This document shows positions 8,956 through 18,185 of a stretch of 60,850 bases of DNA, one piece after another; positions within the stretch are counted from its first letter, which is position 1; the number at the start of each line of letters is the position of its first letter. The DNA comes from a virus (lineage: Duplodnaviria > Caudoviricetes), in IMG/VR virus record IMGVR_UViG_3300034990_000021, positions 1 to 60,850 of that record; one strand, 5' to 3'. The translations under genes and the position numbers were made by a program. Under the pieces are notes generated by a model. That model worked only from the letters and a program-made list of their open reading frames with translations, made no database searches and had not been told where the DNA came from.

Positions 8956-10475
8956 TATTGACTCCTTACCATGTAAGCATCAACGCCGTCAGCTACCCCG
9001 ACCGCTATTGCATGGCCCACTACTGTCCCTGGCGTTGTAGCGCCATGGGCCACGCTGTTTAGAGATACCGACTTCGCGTTTGGTGATTCCGTCCATGTCA
9101 GGCCATCGTCGCTCTGAAAAATATTAGCGTCGACACCGTCAGTCGGCCCGACAGTTACCCACTTGCCCATCAAACTCGAATATGCCAACTCAGCTAGGCC
9201 ATTACCAATCGCCTTTGCAGGCACTGATGTAGTGCGCGTCCAGGTAATGCCATCAGTTGATGTAATGATGTACGGAGTACCATCGGCGTTGTTGCCGACA
9301 GCGATCCACAGGCTGTTTGCATAGAGCACGCCCTGGACCCCGGTTGTACTGCCCTCTGAACGGGCTGTCCAAGTAATACCGTCCGGGCTCGTAATGATCT
9401 TGTTGCCGGCATTTATAGCTACCCAAAGACCGTTGCCGTAAGCCACACAATTGTACGTGATGCTCCCTAATGGTTGAGTCCGAGTCGTCCAGGTAATACC
9501 GTCCGGGCTGGTCATCACCGTACCAAACTCTCCAACAGCTACCCAAAGCCCATTACCATACCAAACTGCCTGGAGCGTCCCGGTAGATGGGTTGCTGCGC
9601 AGCGTCCATGAGACTGCGCCAATACTGGTCACGATCAGTGAGGCGCCACCAATTGGAGCGCCAACGGCAACCCATAACGATCCACTACCGTGTACTTGTT
9701 TTAAATCAGCCGTAGTCCCAGGGCAACTTTGCTCGGTCCAAAGCTCTCCGTCTGTACTGGTAATGACATACGGATCACTACCGTCGGACGCACCAACGGC
9801 AACGTACTGTACTCCGTCATGATAGACACCGTCTAGGCGCACATTGGCTGGATTAGCTTGTTCGTACCACGTGTAGTAAGACTTATAGATCACGTCATGG
9901 TTAGTGTGCTCAGGCACATTTCGGGACACGGTCCAGTCCAATAACGCGTCGGAGGCATCAGCAACAACTTCCAACGTCCACCAAAACGCCCAATCGTCTC
10001 CCCATAGTGGATCGCCTGCACTAGACCCAGCTACAAACGTGTCGTAGAGCTTGTGAGCCAGATAAGCCTTGTCGTAACCAAGGTCGTTTGCCAACCCAAC
10101 AAAAAATGACGGCGTTGGGTCATCTTGCTCAGTCAATCTAGCTCGAACCGCAGCTCGCCGCTCGGCCAGGGCGGTAGGAGGTGATGGATTACTGCCAGGT
10201 AGGCCTAGGACTCTTTCCCAGTCGGGCAATAGCTCCATCATCGTATCTGGATGCGCCTCGAGCAATAATTGCTGCGCGCGGATAGCCACCCGGCTAAAGT
10301 TGTAACTCAGAGCTCGCAACAATAGGTAAGCATTGCTGCCCTCCCGAAAATCCCAAATGACCCCAGTGGGCAGTAAAGCCTTTAAGACCTCAGCGTACAC
10401 CTCATTGACCTCATCGTAATAGCCTTCGGGCATGATCGTCGTGGTCGTAGATGCGTATATGTCCTCGAAAGCCAT
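8955..10475 (-). CDS. Baseplate protein (Mu gp48/YmfQ-like) fused to an Asp-box beta-propeller
   Basis: LLPTG..W..E..P...ELLPDWERVLGLP N-domain; six SxDGxTW-type repeats in the C-terminal half. Confidence 0.8.
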   Translation of the reverse strand: MAFEDIYASTTTTIMPEGYYDEVNEVYAEVLKALLPTGVIWDFREGSNAYLLLRALSYNFSRVAIRAQQLLLEAHPDTMMELLPDWERVLGLPGSNPSPPTALAERRAAVRARLTEQDDPTPSFFVGLANDLGYDKAYLAHKLYDTFVAGSSAGDPLWGDDWAFWWTLEVVADASDALLDWTVSRNVPEHTNHDVIYKSYYTWYEQANPANVRLDGVYHDGVQYVAVGASDGSDPYVITSTDGELWTEQSCPGTTADLKQVHGSGSLWVAVGAPIGGASLIVTSIGAVSWTLRSNPSTGTLQAVWYGNGLWVAVGEFGTVMTSPDGITWTTRTQPLGSITYNCVAYGNGLWVAINAGNKIITSPDGITWTARSEGSTTGVQGVLYANSLWIAVGNNADGTPYIITSTDGITWTRTTSVPAKAIGNGLAELAYSSLMGKWVTVGPTDGVDANIFQSDDGLTWTESPNAKSVSLNSVAHGATTPGTVVGHAIAVGVADGVDAYMVRSQ

Positions 10476-10488
10476 GTCTCAATTAGCC

Positions 10489-10899
10489 TCAGTCCAACCC
10501 GATTTTGAGTTCCTGGTGCACGAACCTGGGGATATTGCCGGCGCTAAACGTCTTGTCCTCTACCACACTGCCACCAGCATCGAGCAATGGCCCATATGCT
10601 AAGAGATTGCCGCCGGTGATCGCGCTCCAAATCCCCCACCCGTAGATCCCAGTCAGATCAGCGGTCAGGGTTGGCAACTCCACCGCGCCGTTGTTTACTC
10701 GATAGACATCATCACCAACAGTAGTATTGAGCCAAGCGTTGTGCGCCTTACGTGCATATCCAGATCCAGTAGCCTCAACACCGCCAGTTGGCGTGTCATC
10801 TGTTGGTAGCTCTGTAAAAAGCCCAACGTAGACGTCAGTGAGGTTTACTAACACAGCCTCTAGAGCAGTCTGTTTTGCAGTTATAGTCATCCCGCTCAT
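10489..10899 (-). CDS. Minor tail protein
   Basis: YVGLFT..P....E..G.GYAR..GIWSA.TGGNLL pattern seen in phage tail proteins; baseplate context. Confidence 0.6.
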   Translation of the reverse strand: MSGMTITAKQTALEAVLVNLTDVYVGLFTELPTDDTPTGGVEATGSGYARKAHNAWLNTTVGDDVYRVNNGAVELPTLTADLTGIYGWGIWSAITGGNLLAYGPLLDAGGSVVEDKTFSAGNIPRFVHQELKIGLD

Positions 10900-10900
10900 G

Positions 10901-11959
10901 TTACACCCATGTAATATCCCCCATGATAGCGATCTGCCCCACTGTAAAAGTGGGGTCGCTAGCTGGTATGGTCATAACGTGATCAGTCTCGCCAGTAGCA
11001 ATGGATATTGCTTCGTCTAGCTGCGATAGCGGAAATGTCGTGCCGTCTGCCTCACTGTTCCGCAGGATATAATCCTCCAATTCCGCTCGCACTGCTAGCT
11101 TCACGGTGTCTATATTAGGTGTCAACGCGATTTCAAAATCGACCGCAACAGCTGTGGGAGCGTAGACATTTACATCAGCCGTTACTGGAGCTTTGGTATC
11201 TAGATAATCTTGTACGGTAGTTACCTCACTACCGTTCGGGATGATAGTTCCGACTTTATCATCCATTACGAAATACAGGACTACCGTGCCTGCCCCATCG
11301 CCATTGGCGATCTGCCACGCCCTCGTAGTACCGGACACTTCGAGCGCCCACGCCTCATAATCACCAGGGCCGCCACCTTTAGGAGGACTTTGCATGCGTG
11401 CCAGCAAACGCTCCCTCAAAGCCGCAGTAGTCTCTTCGTCAACCCCTCCGGTCAAGCCGGCCCCGCTCACTGTACCATCAGTGTCAATACCAGCAACCGG
11501 GTTTACTAAAGATAGAGTTGCGCCAACGCTCTGGTTACCATCCGCTCCCCCCTCTTGGGCCTCCACTGTGATAGTTGCCGACCCGCCACCAGAAATGGTC
11601 GCATCTCCATCCTGCTCGTAAACAACATCGCCCAACGCCCACAAAGTACCGTCAGGACAAACTGTCGATGGGGTACCGGTGATGTCAACATCACCAGACG
11701 CCTTGGCTGCAGCCGTTTTTTCGATCCCCCAAATGCTGGCCAGTCTAACTGCAAACTCGTCCTCAGCCGTGTCCACAAACATTTGTCGCGACGCCCAAAC
11801 TAGATGGCCGTGTAGCCCATGTGCCGCCCCAGCAACAGCACGCGAAATGGCTAGCTCAAATGATCGCCTGAGCGATGCTACAGATCCATCAACGCGTGTC
11901 TCGATGTCACTCTGACTCCGTGACACGAGTTTGCTCAAAGTGGGCCTGGCAAAAGCCAT
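10901..11959 (-). CDS. Baseplate J-like wedge protein (Mu gp47)
   Basis: GG.DEET..LRERLL..PPKGG..DYEAWALEV; probable start MAFARP at 11959. Confidence 0.92.
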   Translation of the reverse strand: MAFARPTLSKLVSRSQSDIETRVDGSVASLRRSFELAISRAVAGAAHGLHGHLVWASRQMFVDTAEDEFAVRLASIWGIEKTAAAKASGDVDITGTPSTVCPDGTLWALGDVVYEQDGDATISGGGSATITVEAQEGGADGNQSVGATLSLVNPVAGIDTDGTVSGAGLTGGVDEETTAALRERLLARMQSPPKGGGPGDYEAWALEVSGTTRAWQIANGDGAGTVVLYFVMDDKVGTIIPNGSEVTTVQDYLDTKAPVTADVNVYAPTAVAVDFEIALTPNIDTVKLAVRAELEDYILRNSEADGTTFPLSQLDEAISIATGETDHVMTIPASDPTFTVGQIAIMGDITWV

Positions 11960-11961
11960 AA

Positions 11962-12417
11962 CTACAACCTTTCCATGTGTGCCTGCCAAATACCGACCCA
12001 CTTACCCAAGACTTTAGACGGTTTAGTGGGTTGCACTTTTATGGCCATTGTATCTGGGCTGTTTTCATACCTCTCCGTAGTGACTTCCACGCTTTCGCAC
12101 AGACCGTCGTCGACCATCCATTGGATAGCCTCTGTGATATAGTCCCTCGCTTGGTTTAACACGCTCTGAGACAGCTTGGATCTACTCAGCAACCACAATC
12201 TAGAACCGATCAGATCGCCCTCGACAGACGAATACGCATCGGCCCACCAGCCGCCCTTGTCACTCTTCGGGTCTGGCAACTCGTCATCATCCTCAGCACG
12301 TCGGCGCGTAAACAATGAGATCAAAGCAGCAGTATCGATCCACTCACGACTGACGAAGTTATCGTCACGCTCCAAGTCCGGCTCTTGCTGTGTATTACTC
12401 CACTTGATCTGCAGCAT
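11962..12417 (-). CDS. Baseplate protein (Mu gp46)
   Basis: ISLFT.RRA..D..GGWWAD..IGSRLWLL.RSK..EA.QWM.DDG. Confidence 0.92.
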   Translation of the reverse strand: MLQIKWSNTQQEPDLERDDNFVSREWIDTAALISLFTRRRAEDDDELPDPKSDKGGWWADAYSSVEGDLIGSRLWLLSRSKLSQSVLNQARDYITEAIQWMVDDGLCESVEVTTERYENSPDTMAIKVQPTKPSKVLGKWVGIWQAHMERL

Positions 12418-12418
12418 G

Positions 12419-13012
12419 TTATGACCCCTTGACTTTACTAGTCCCTACAGAGCTGAGCGATATGGTACTAGCCAACCAAGCGGTTAGAGCAGTCTTTAGA
12501 GCCGCACCGCCGTCTGCAGGTGCAGGCGTCCAACCGTTAACGGCCGTGCGCAGTGCATCTACGTTGGTCTTAATAGCAGAGTCACTGGCCTCAGTCTCCG
12601 TTGCCTTTGCCAGAAAATCGTCGGCGTATCTCGCCCCTAAATGCAGCATGTCCCCAGACGTTTCGAGGTAAACCCGTTCCCCCTTGTCCGTAAATAAGCA
12701 GACATCACCTTCCGCGAGGTTTTTAGGGCGGTATCGCCTATCCAAAACGCGGACTGCGATACCGTGTGATCGCTGCCCACCAACGGACAAATACAAAACC
12801 TCGGAGTCCACAAACGGGTGCGACGTCATGCCGTAATCTTCAAAGCGCTCCACACCATCCCTCAGCTCGTCTGCCAAGAGCTCAACTTGCAATCCCTGGC
12901 ATTTTAAACTGTCGTTGACCACTTTGACAACCCCCCGAGCTACGATCATTCGTATGCGTTGACTGAGCGGCGCGATCAATCTCCTGAGTGCCAAAGCATC
13001 CGGCAATCTCAT
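12419..13012 (-). CDS. Baseplate spike (Mu gp45)
   Basis: Q.LQV....E....VERFEDYG.TS.P..GG.RSH..DRRYRP..L.EG.V. Confidence 0.92.
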   Translation of the reverse strand: MRLPDALALRRLIAPLSQRIRMIVARGVVKVVNDSLKCQGLQVELLADELRDGVERFEDYGMTSHPFVDSEVLYLSVGGQRSHGIAVRVLDRRYRPKNLAEGDVCLFTDKGERVYLETSGDMLHLGARYADDFLAKATETEASDSAIKTNVDALRTAVNGWTPAPADGGAALKTALTAWLASTISLSSVGTSKVKGS

Positions 13013-14055
13013 TCCAACGCTCCAGTTTTTTGCTTCGGGGGCGGCAACGGCTGGATGTCATAGCCCTCCTTACGCACCAGAGATAACCTGGTTACCGTCC
13101 CAGAGTTTTCGTTACGCTCGAACGTGACCTCCGAAATCAGTACCTCATCGTCAACACGTAGTACTCTGTCCTCGATGCTAACTAGTTTATTGGGCTGCCA
13201 CAAGCCTCCTGTGTGACTCCAACCCTGCACTAGATAATCTAGTTTGGCGGCTCTACCAGCGCGCACATTACGCTCCCAGTTAGCACGTTTTTGCAGCTCT
13301 TCGCCACTGTCCTCATCATCGGCCGAGATTATAGTTGGCCGATATCTAGTTACCCCACTGTCAGTGCTAACCATTTTCAACGCAGCGGCAGACGATCCGA
13401 AAAATGTATCGGTGCCCTGCGCTTGAGCCTTGACGGTATAGGCGCTAAATCGATCCTGCCAACTGGTGCGCTTTGAGCCTTCTAGGATGTTCCTGCCATA
13501 GACTAGTTTGGTCTTTATCTTTGTGCCGCCAACCCGATCGAACACAATGTTGCCGTCGGGCCTAGTTTGCAACAAGACACCTCTACGCCTGGCCGCGCGC
13601 TCCAGTGCCTGGAAAACAGTTTCGCCATCTTGGAGCTCAAAGATCCGAAAGGCACCGCCCAAATCAGTATTGGTATAGGCACTGAGACCAAACGGCGAAC
13701 ACAAGTCCTGTGCAATCTTGAGCAAGCCGGAGCCCCTCCACTGCCCGCCACTGTGTGTCGCTGCGCAATCGACCAAATCACCACTTAGGGATCTGCCACT
13801 CACTGTGATACGCATGCCATCGGATGTATAATCGGCAATTACCGAATCGATCCAACCTGTAAGTATGCCAACATTGTCATGGGTGATACGACACCGTTGG
13901 CCAACCTCTAACGGGAGATCTGCCTCCTCCACAACCCAGCGGTCAGTCAGCGACAAGTCAAACGAGTGAGCGAGCTGATCCATGCTTTTGGTAACTCGGA
14001 TACTAGTCCAGCCACTATACTTATAACCGGCTATATGCAGTTTTAAGTCAGTCAT
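13009..14055 (-). CDS. Baseplate hub (Mu gp44/P)
   Basis: Y.GW.SI.V..F.L..GRS..DLVDC..GETVF..LER..DRFS.Y.V..W.PN.LV. Confidence 0.92.
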   Translation of the reverse strand: MTDLKLHIAGYKYSGWTSIRVTKSMDQLAHSFDLSLTDRWVVEEADLPLEVGQRCRITHDNVGILTGWIDSVIADYTSDGMRITVSGRSLSGDLVDCAATHSGGQWRGSGLLKIAQDLCSPFGLSAYTNTDLGGAFRIFELQDGETVFQALERAARRRGVLLQTRPDGNIVFDRVGGTKIKTKLVYGRNILEGSKRTSWQDRFSAYTVKAQAQGTDTFFGSSAAALKMVSTDSGVTRYRPTIISADDEDSGEELQKRANWERNVRAGRAAKLDYLVQGWSHTGGLWQPNKLVSIEDRVLRVDDEVLISEVTFERNENSGTVTRLSLVRKEGYDIQPLPPPKQKTGALE

Positions 14056-15364
14056 AGACCAGTACTTCCAATGCCTCGCCCCCTGGAGCTAAGCACGGAT
14101 TACGTATGCCGTTGCGCCAAATGATCTCGGGCTCTCGATCTGGCGTACCATATAACTGCTGCGATAGCACCAAGGTTGGCATGGTTCTGTTTGGCGTATA
14201 CGTGATGGTGCTGGGCAAGTCCTCAGCTACAATGGCAAAATGAGACACCAGAGCAACGCGCAGGTCCATTAATGCTGCATAAGCCTTGTCACCAACAGTA
14301 TCTAACAGGGAGTCAAAAGCCGCCAAGAGCTCGATACGCACTTCGTCTACTTTGTCGCTCGATGTAAAAGGCATGGCTGATAATGCTCGGCACCCTTCGA
14401 TCAGAGCTAACGTGCGAACCAGATTGACCATGACGACCCGGTTGTCTGCTTGACGCTCTCGCTGCGGAGTAGTTTCGTTGACGGTACTCAAGTCATCACC
14501 AAAAGTATTGAGCTCACGCCAAGCGCGCATGGCCAGGTCTATCCTGACATCACTGCTAATCACGGCCGCTGACGTAGGTGACCCAACTGGAGCACCGACC
14601 ACAGAGTCAGGATCCTCATCGTCCCCAAAATAGTTATCCCAAGCGCTACCTATAGTAGAGATGGATGCCATAATACCATTGACGATGCTTTGCACCGAGC
14701 TAACTAATTGAGCCGGCAACAAGATGAGCGATGTTACCGTGTCGGCCAAAGTCTGGATAGTATCCCCGATCGTGTCGGCAATGGCCATGGCAGCGTTGAC
14801 GTACCCCTTGATCTTGTTCAGGTCGCTGATTACACCGTTAACTAGGTCTACCGCATCCTGCAGTACGTCAGCAATGTACCCAATAACCGTAAACTCCTCC
14901 TCAAACTCTTCCTCCAAAGCCTCAACGGCCTCATCCGCAGCGTCTTCGACCCCGGCGGCGGTATCCGGCGCAACTATTGGTGAGATCGTTTTGCCAACCT
15001 GCGTTACAGACATGGCAAAACGTGCCATCCCACCTTCGTCGGGCGTCTCTTGGATCCTCACATGCCCATTTACTACTACCCGCAGCTTACCCCAATAGGG
15101 ATGTATCAGATCGCCAGGGCCACGTCGCTCGAAGGCTTGTCGCAACCGATCACGCTCGTACATGTAGTTGTCGCCGAGCAAAAAACACTCGAGATCAAAC
15201 TCTCGGGGTTCGCGACCATTGTCCTCTACCCCCGGGTCATTGCGCCCCGGATACCGGTGGATCACTGTACGCCGACCAACTCTGCCTGAGGTCTGACGTA
15301 CGAAAAATTCAATGCCGCGAAATGAGCCCTTGCCCCCTAACTGTAAGTCGTCGCGCCAACTCAT
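14048..15364 (-). CDS. DNA circularization protein (Mu gp43/N)
   Basis: SFRG..F..GRR..H.YPGR..VED.G..G.LIHPYWG; C-terminal P.LVL..LYG..R..EI..RN.I.NP. Confidence 0.92.
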   Translation of the reverse strand: MSWRDDLQLGGKGSFRGIEFFVRQTSGRVGRRTVIHRYPGRNDPGVEDNGREPREFDLECFLLGDNYMYERDRLRQAFERRGPGDLIHPYWGKLRVVVNGHVRIQETPDEGGMARFAMSVTQVGKTISPIVAPDTAAGVEDAADEAVEALEEEFEEEFTVIGYIADVLQDAVDLVNGVISDLNKIKGYVNAAMAIADTIGDTIQTLADTVTSLILLPAQLVSSVQSIVNGIMASISTIGSAWDNYFGDDEDPDSVVGAPVGSPTSAAVISSDVRIDLAMRAWRELNTFGDDLSTVNETTPQRERQADNRVVMVNLVRTLALIEGCRALSAMPFTSSDKVDEVRIELLAAFDSLLDTVGDKAYAALMDLRVALVSHFAIVAEDLPSTITYTPNRTMPTLVLSQQLYGTPDREPEIIWRNGIRNPCLAPGGEALEVLVYD

Positions 15365-17340
15365 GGGGTTGCCATCAACATACCGGTGTCTATGTCAGTA
15401 CGTACCGGGCCAGTCTCGCGTATCTTAGATGCTGTCGCTCGACCCTCAGCATCAACTTTGATGCCTACGTCTACTCTACCTTGTGCCTGTGCGGCCGCTC
15501 CAAGTGTCGCCGGAGCCGCCTCAGCTGTGGGGGTGATTACAGGGGGTTTTGTCCCTCCCATCACCCCCATATCCTTGAGTAGAGTACGCGGGTCGAACAG
15601 TTCACCAAGTGTACTCAAGATACCAAACTCGCTAAGGTGTTCACTGATACCTTTCATGCCCTCCTCAAAGTCCAGCTCGTCCCAATGTTTTACCAGTTGC
15701 ACTATGGCCAAAGACACCCCAGCAATAGCAGCTCCAATGGCCAAAAAAGGTGCCACCGCAGCAAGACTAGCTGCAGCGGCCGCCCATGCAGATTTGATGT
15801 ACATTGCAAGGGCCGGTAATGCTTTAACCCAAATCGTCTTCGCCGCACCGCCAACCGCTGGGACGACTTTGGTCCATAAAGATGTTGCCCAACCTGTAAA
15901 GGTGGGCATCAAACGTTTCGCCACCGTCCACACCCAGACAGTAGTAGCGGGTATCGCCCGTTTGAATATTGTAACTGTTAAGGCTCGTATGCGCACTATC
16001 AAAAATTTCAGCGCGGCTCCCATGAGTTCCGCGCCAGTCTTTTGGCTGCCCATAGCCACAGCAAACACGCCCATAGCAGTAGTGGCTGCAGCCATTGTAA
16101 AGATCAGTCCAGTTAAACCCGCCGACAACACGCCTAGGGCCCCGACAGTCATCATGATAACCTTAACCGTAGTCGGGTGCGCATTAGCAAACTCGGTTAA
16201 GGACTGGATCACTCCGGCAAGCTCTTGCTTAGTACTAGTCAAAGTAGGCTCTAGTTGGTCGGCCATAGTCAGGTTTAGGCCTCCTATAGCACTAGACAAT
16301 CTAACAGTCGCACCTCTAGCATTATCGTCCATGACACGTGCAACTTCTTGCACAGTCTTAGTGCCGCTAGCTACTTCAGTTGTAAATTTGGCAATCTCGT
16401 CTCGCCCCATAGTAGCCAAACTGCTAGCGGCCGTCATGGCATCGAGCCCAAAAATATGCGCGAAAGCCTTCCCGCGTTTCGCTGTGCCCATTTCGGCCGT
16501 GCTGATCAGCACATCACTCAAAATATCCGGTAGCGGACGCAGATTCCCGGCCACATCGGTAATGCCGACGTTGAGAGCCTGCAGAGTTTTTTGGCCCTGC
16601 CTACGCATGGCTGTCAGCTTAGCAATCATTGCCCTCAAAGCGGTCCCTGCCGTACTCCCTTTGATACCGACCGAGCCTAATAGTCCCGTCATAGCTAACA
16701 GCTCTTGGTTGCTGACCTTCATTTGCTTCGCGACAGCCCCGGAGTAAATCAGAGACTCAAACAGAGTCTCCAGCGTCACGTTGGCCCCTGTAAACGTTCG
16801 CGTCAACTGATTTGCGAACTCTGGCAAGTCACTCATACTGACACCCAAGGACCCCATCAAATCTGACACTATGTCGGCCGTCCTACCAAGATCTGTCCCT
16901 GCCGCAGTAGCCAAATCCAAAGTAATTGGCACCCCAGCCATAGTCTTCTCGGCGTCGTAACCAGCCATCCCAAAATACTTCATTGCTTGGGCGGCTTGAG
17001 TAGCGGTCCAACGAGTTGTACCACCGAGTTCTTTGGCTCGCGCTGTGAGATCTGCAAACTCCTTTTCGGTCAGGCCGCCCATAACCGCTTTGACGTTGCT
17101 CATGGTCGCCTGGAATTCCTCGAACTCCTGTATCGGGCCTCTAACGGCCCCTATCATGGCTCGTGAGAACCTACTGACACCCTCGCCTGCCTGACGAAGA
17201 TCGGCGGCCCTCCTAAAAGCAATATTGGCCCGCTTCTGAGCGGCTCTCATAGTCTCAAAGTTTTTGGTTACAGTCCGCATCGCTGACGACGCGCGGTCAA
17301 TGGCTTTGATGACTATGTTGGCTTTTAGATCATCGGCCAC
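15361..17340 (-). CDS. Tail tape measure protein (TP901-type core)
   Basis: AKELGGTT..TATQAA.AM..AG..GS.AGTALR; Ala-rich; follows the chaperone. Confidence 0.92.
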   Translation of the reverse strand: MADDLKANIVIKAIDRASSAMRTVTKNFETMRAAQKRANIAFRRAADLRQAGEGVSRFSRAMIGAVRGPIQEFEEFQATMSNVKAVMGGLTEKEFADLTARAKELGGTTRWTATQAAQAMKYFGMAGYDAEKTMAGVPITLDLATAAGTDLGRTADIVSDLMGSLGVSMSDLPEFANQLTRTFTGANVTLETLFESLIYSGAVAKQMKVSNQELLAMTGLLGSVGIKGSTAGTALRAMIAKLTAMRRQGQKTLQALNVGITDVAGNLRPLPDILSDVLISTAEMGTAKRGKAFAHIFGLDAMTAASSLATMGRDEIAKFTTEVASGTKTVQEVARVMDDNARGATVRLSSAIGGLNLTMADQLEPTLTSTKQELAGVIQSLTEFANAHPTTVKVIMMTVGALGVLSAGLTGLIFTMAAATTAMGVFAVAMGSQKTGAELMGAALKFLIVRIRALTVTIFKRAIPATTVWVWTVAKRLMPTFTGWATSLWTKVVPAVGGAAKTIWVKALPALAMYIKSAWAAAAASLAAVAPFLAIGAAIAGVSLAIVQLVKHWDELDFEEGMKGISEHLSEFGILSTLGELFDPRTLLKDMGVMGGTKPPVITPTAEAAPATLGAAAQAQGRVDVGIKVDAEGRATASKIRETGPVRTDIDTGMLMATP

Positions 17341-17485
17341 GTTTGAGTTCCTTACTGATCCGCTCCGCTTGCTTGGCCCACATTAGCAGCTCGTCAGCGT
17401 CCATACCCCAAAGCTCAGAGGGCTGGAATCGAAATGTGTATGCTAAGTTGCCGAAGACGTCCCTCCAGTTCTCGACTTTTTTCCC
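17330..17485 (-). CDS. -1 frameshift extension of the tail chaperone (P2 gpE'-like)
   Basis: G GGA AAA AAG at 17485-17476. The -1 frame reads KVENWRDVFGNLAYTFRFQPSELWGMDADELLMWAKQAERISKELKRGR*, and its stop overlaps the tape-measure start. Confidence 0.85.
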   Translation of the reverse strand, partial: GKKVENWRDVFGNLAYTFRFQPSELWGMDADELLMWAKQAERISKELKRGR

Positions 17486-17781
17486 ACCAACGCTGCCAAG
17501 TTAGAGCACAAAATGGCATCCTCGCCGTCCATCTCGTGAAAAACTGCTAGGGGTACCCCAGAGACAGACGCAGCTAGCTGCAGTCCCTGCCCAACGACGC
17601 CCTTAGCACCATCGGTGCGTTCCCAGTCACGCCCCTTGGCTTTACGTAGCACTATCTCAGTGTACGTCACCCCTCTGTAATCAACAGGCTCAATGGTTAC
17701 TGTTACAGTACCATCATCGTTGGTTTGTACCCTAGGGTCAGCGGCGTACTCTTCGTACAATGCAAGCTGCTCATCCGTCAT
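17443..17781 (-). CDS. Tail assembly chaperone (Mu gp41/P2 E-like)
   Basis: Between tube and tape measure; ends shortly after the slippery GGGAAAAAAG. Confidence 0.85.
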   Translation of the reverse strand: MTDEQLALYEEYAADPRVQTNDDGTVTVTIEPVDYRGVTYTEIVLRKAKGRDWERTDGAKGVVGQGLQLAASVSGVPLAVFHEMDGEDAILCSNLAALVGKKSRTGGTSSAT

Positions 17782-18139
17782 TTCGAGTTTCCTCTCTAGC
17801 TGGGTCTCCTGTCATTTCCACTTCAACCTCGCCGTCACCACCACTGAGCTTGAGCGTCTTTGACACAAATGCATTAGTGACCAAATAGACCCGGCCGGAG
17901 TCGCATTCGTAGCGCAGCGTTGCACCGGTAATGTCTTTTAGATCTGCCAAGACGGTATCTGACGCATGCGCCTCAGACCACGTCAGAACCGACGGCATTA
18001 CTCTCTCTTTGTGCCCATATACGGAGTGCCCGACCACCGCTTCGCGCTCGTATCCCCCGAGATCCAGCTCGGCCCCTTCGATCGAGCGTTGCAAGGATCC
18101 GTTAACGTAGATTTTAACCACTCCTGTAATTTGCGGCAT
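17771..18139 (-). CDS. Tail tube protein (Mu gpM)
   Basis: LGG..RE.VVG..VYG.KE; follows the sheath. Confidence 0.88.
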   Translation of the reverse strand: MPQITGVVKIYVNGSLQRSIEGAELDLGGYEREAVVGHSVYGHKERVMPSVLTWSEAHASDTVLADLKDITGATLRYECDSGRVYLVTNAFVSKTLKLSGGDGEVEVEMTGDPAREETRNDG

Positions 18140-18185
18140 TTTCTACCTCGCCTTCCTAAAGCACTAGAGCTACCATACTGTAGCA

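Noticed and set aside
7801-9040. Pro/Thr-rich plus-strand ORFs
   Set aside because: Antisense shadow of the Gly-rich tail fibre.
15386-16747. 453-aa plus-strand ORF
   Set aside because: Antisense shadow of the Ala-rich tape measure gene.
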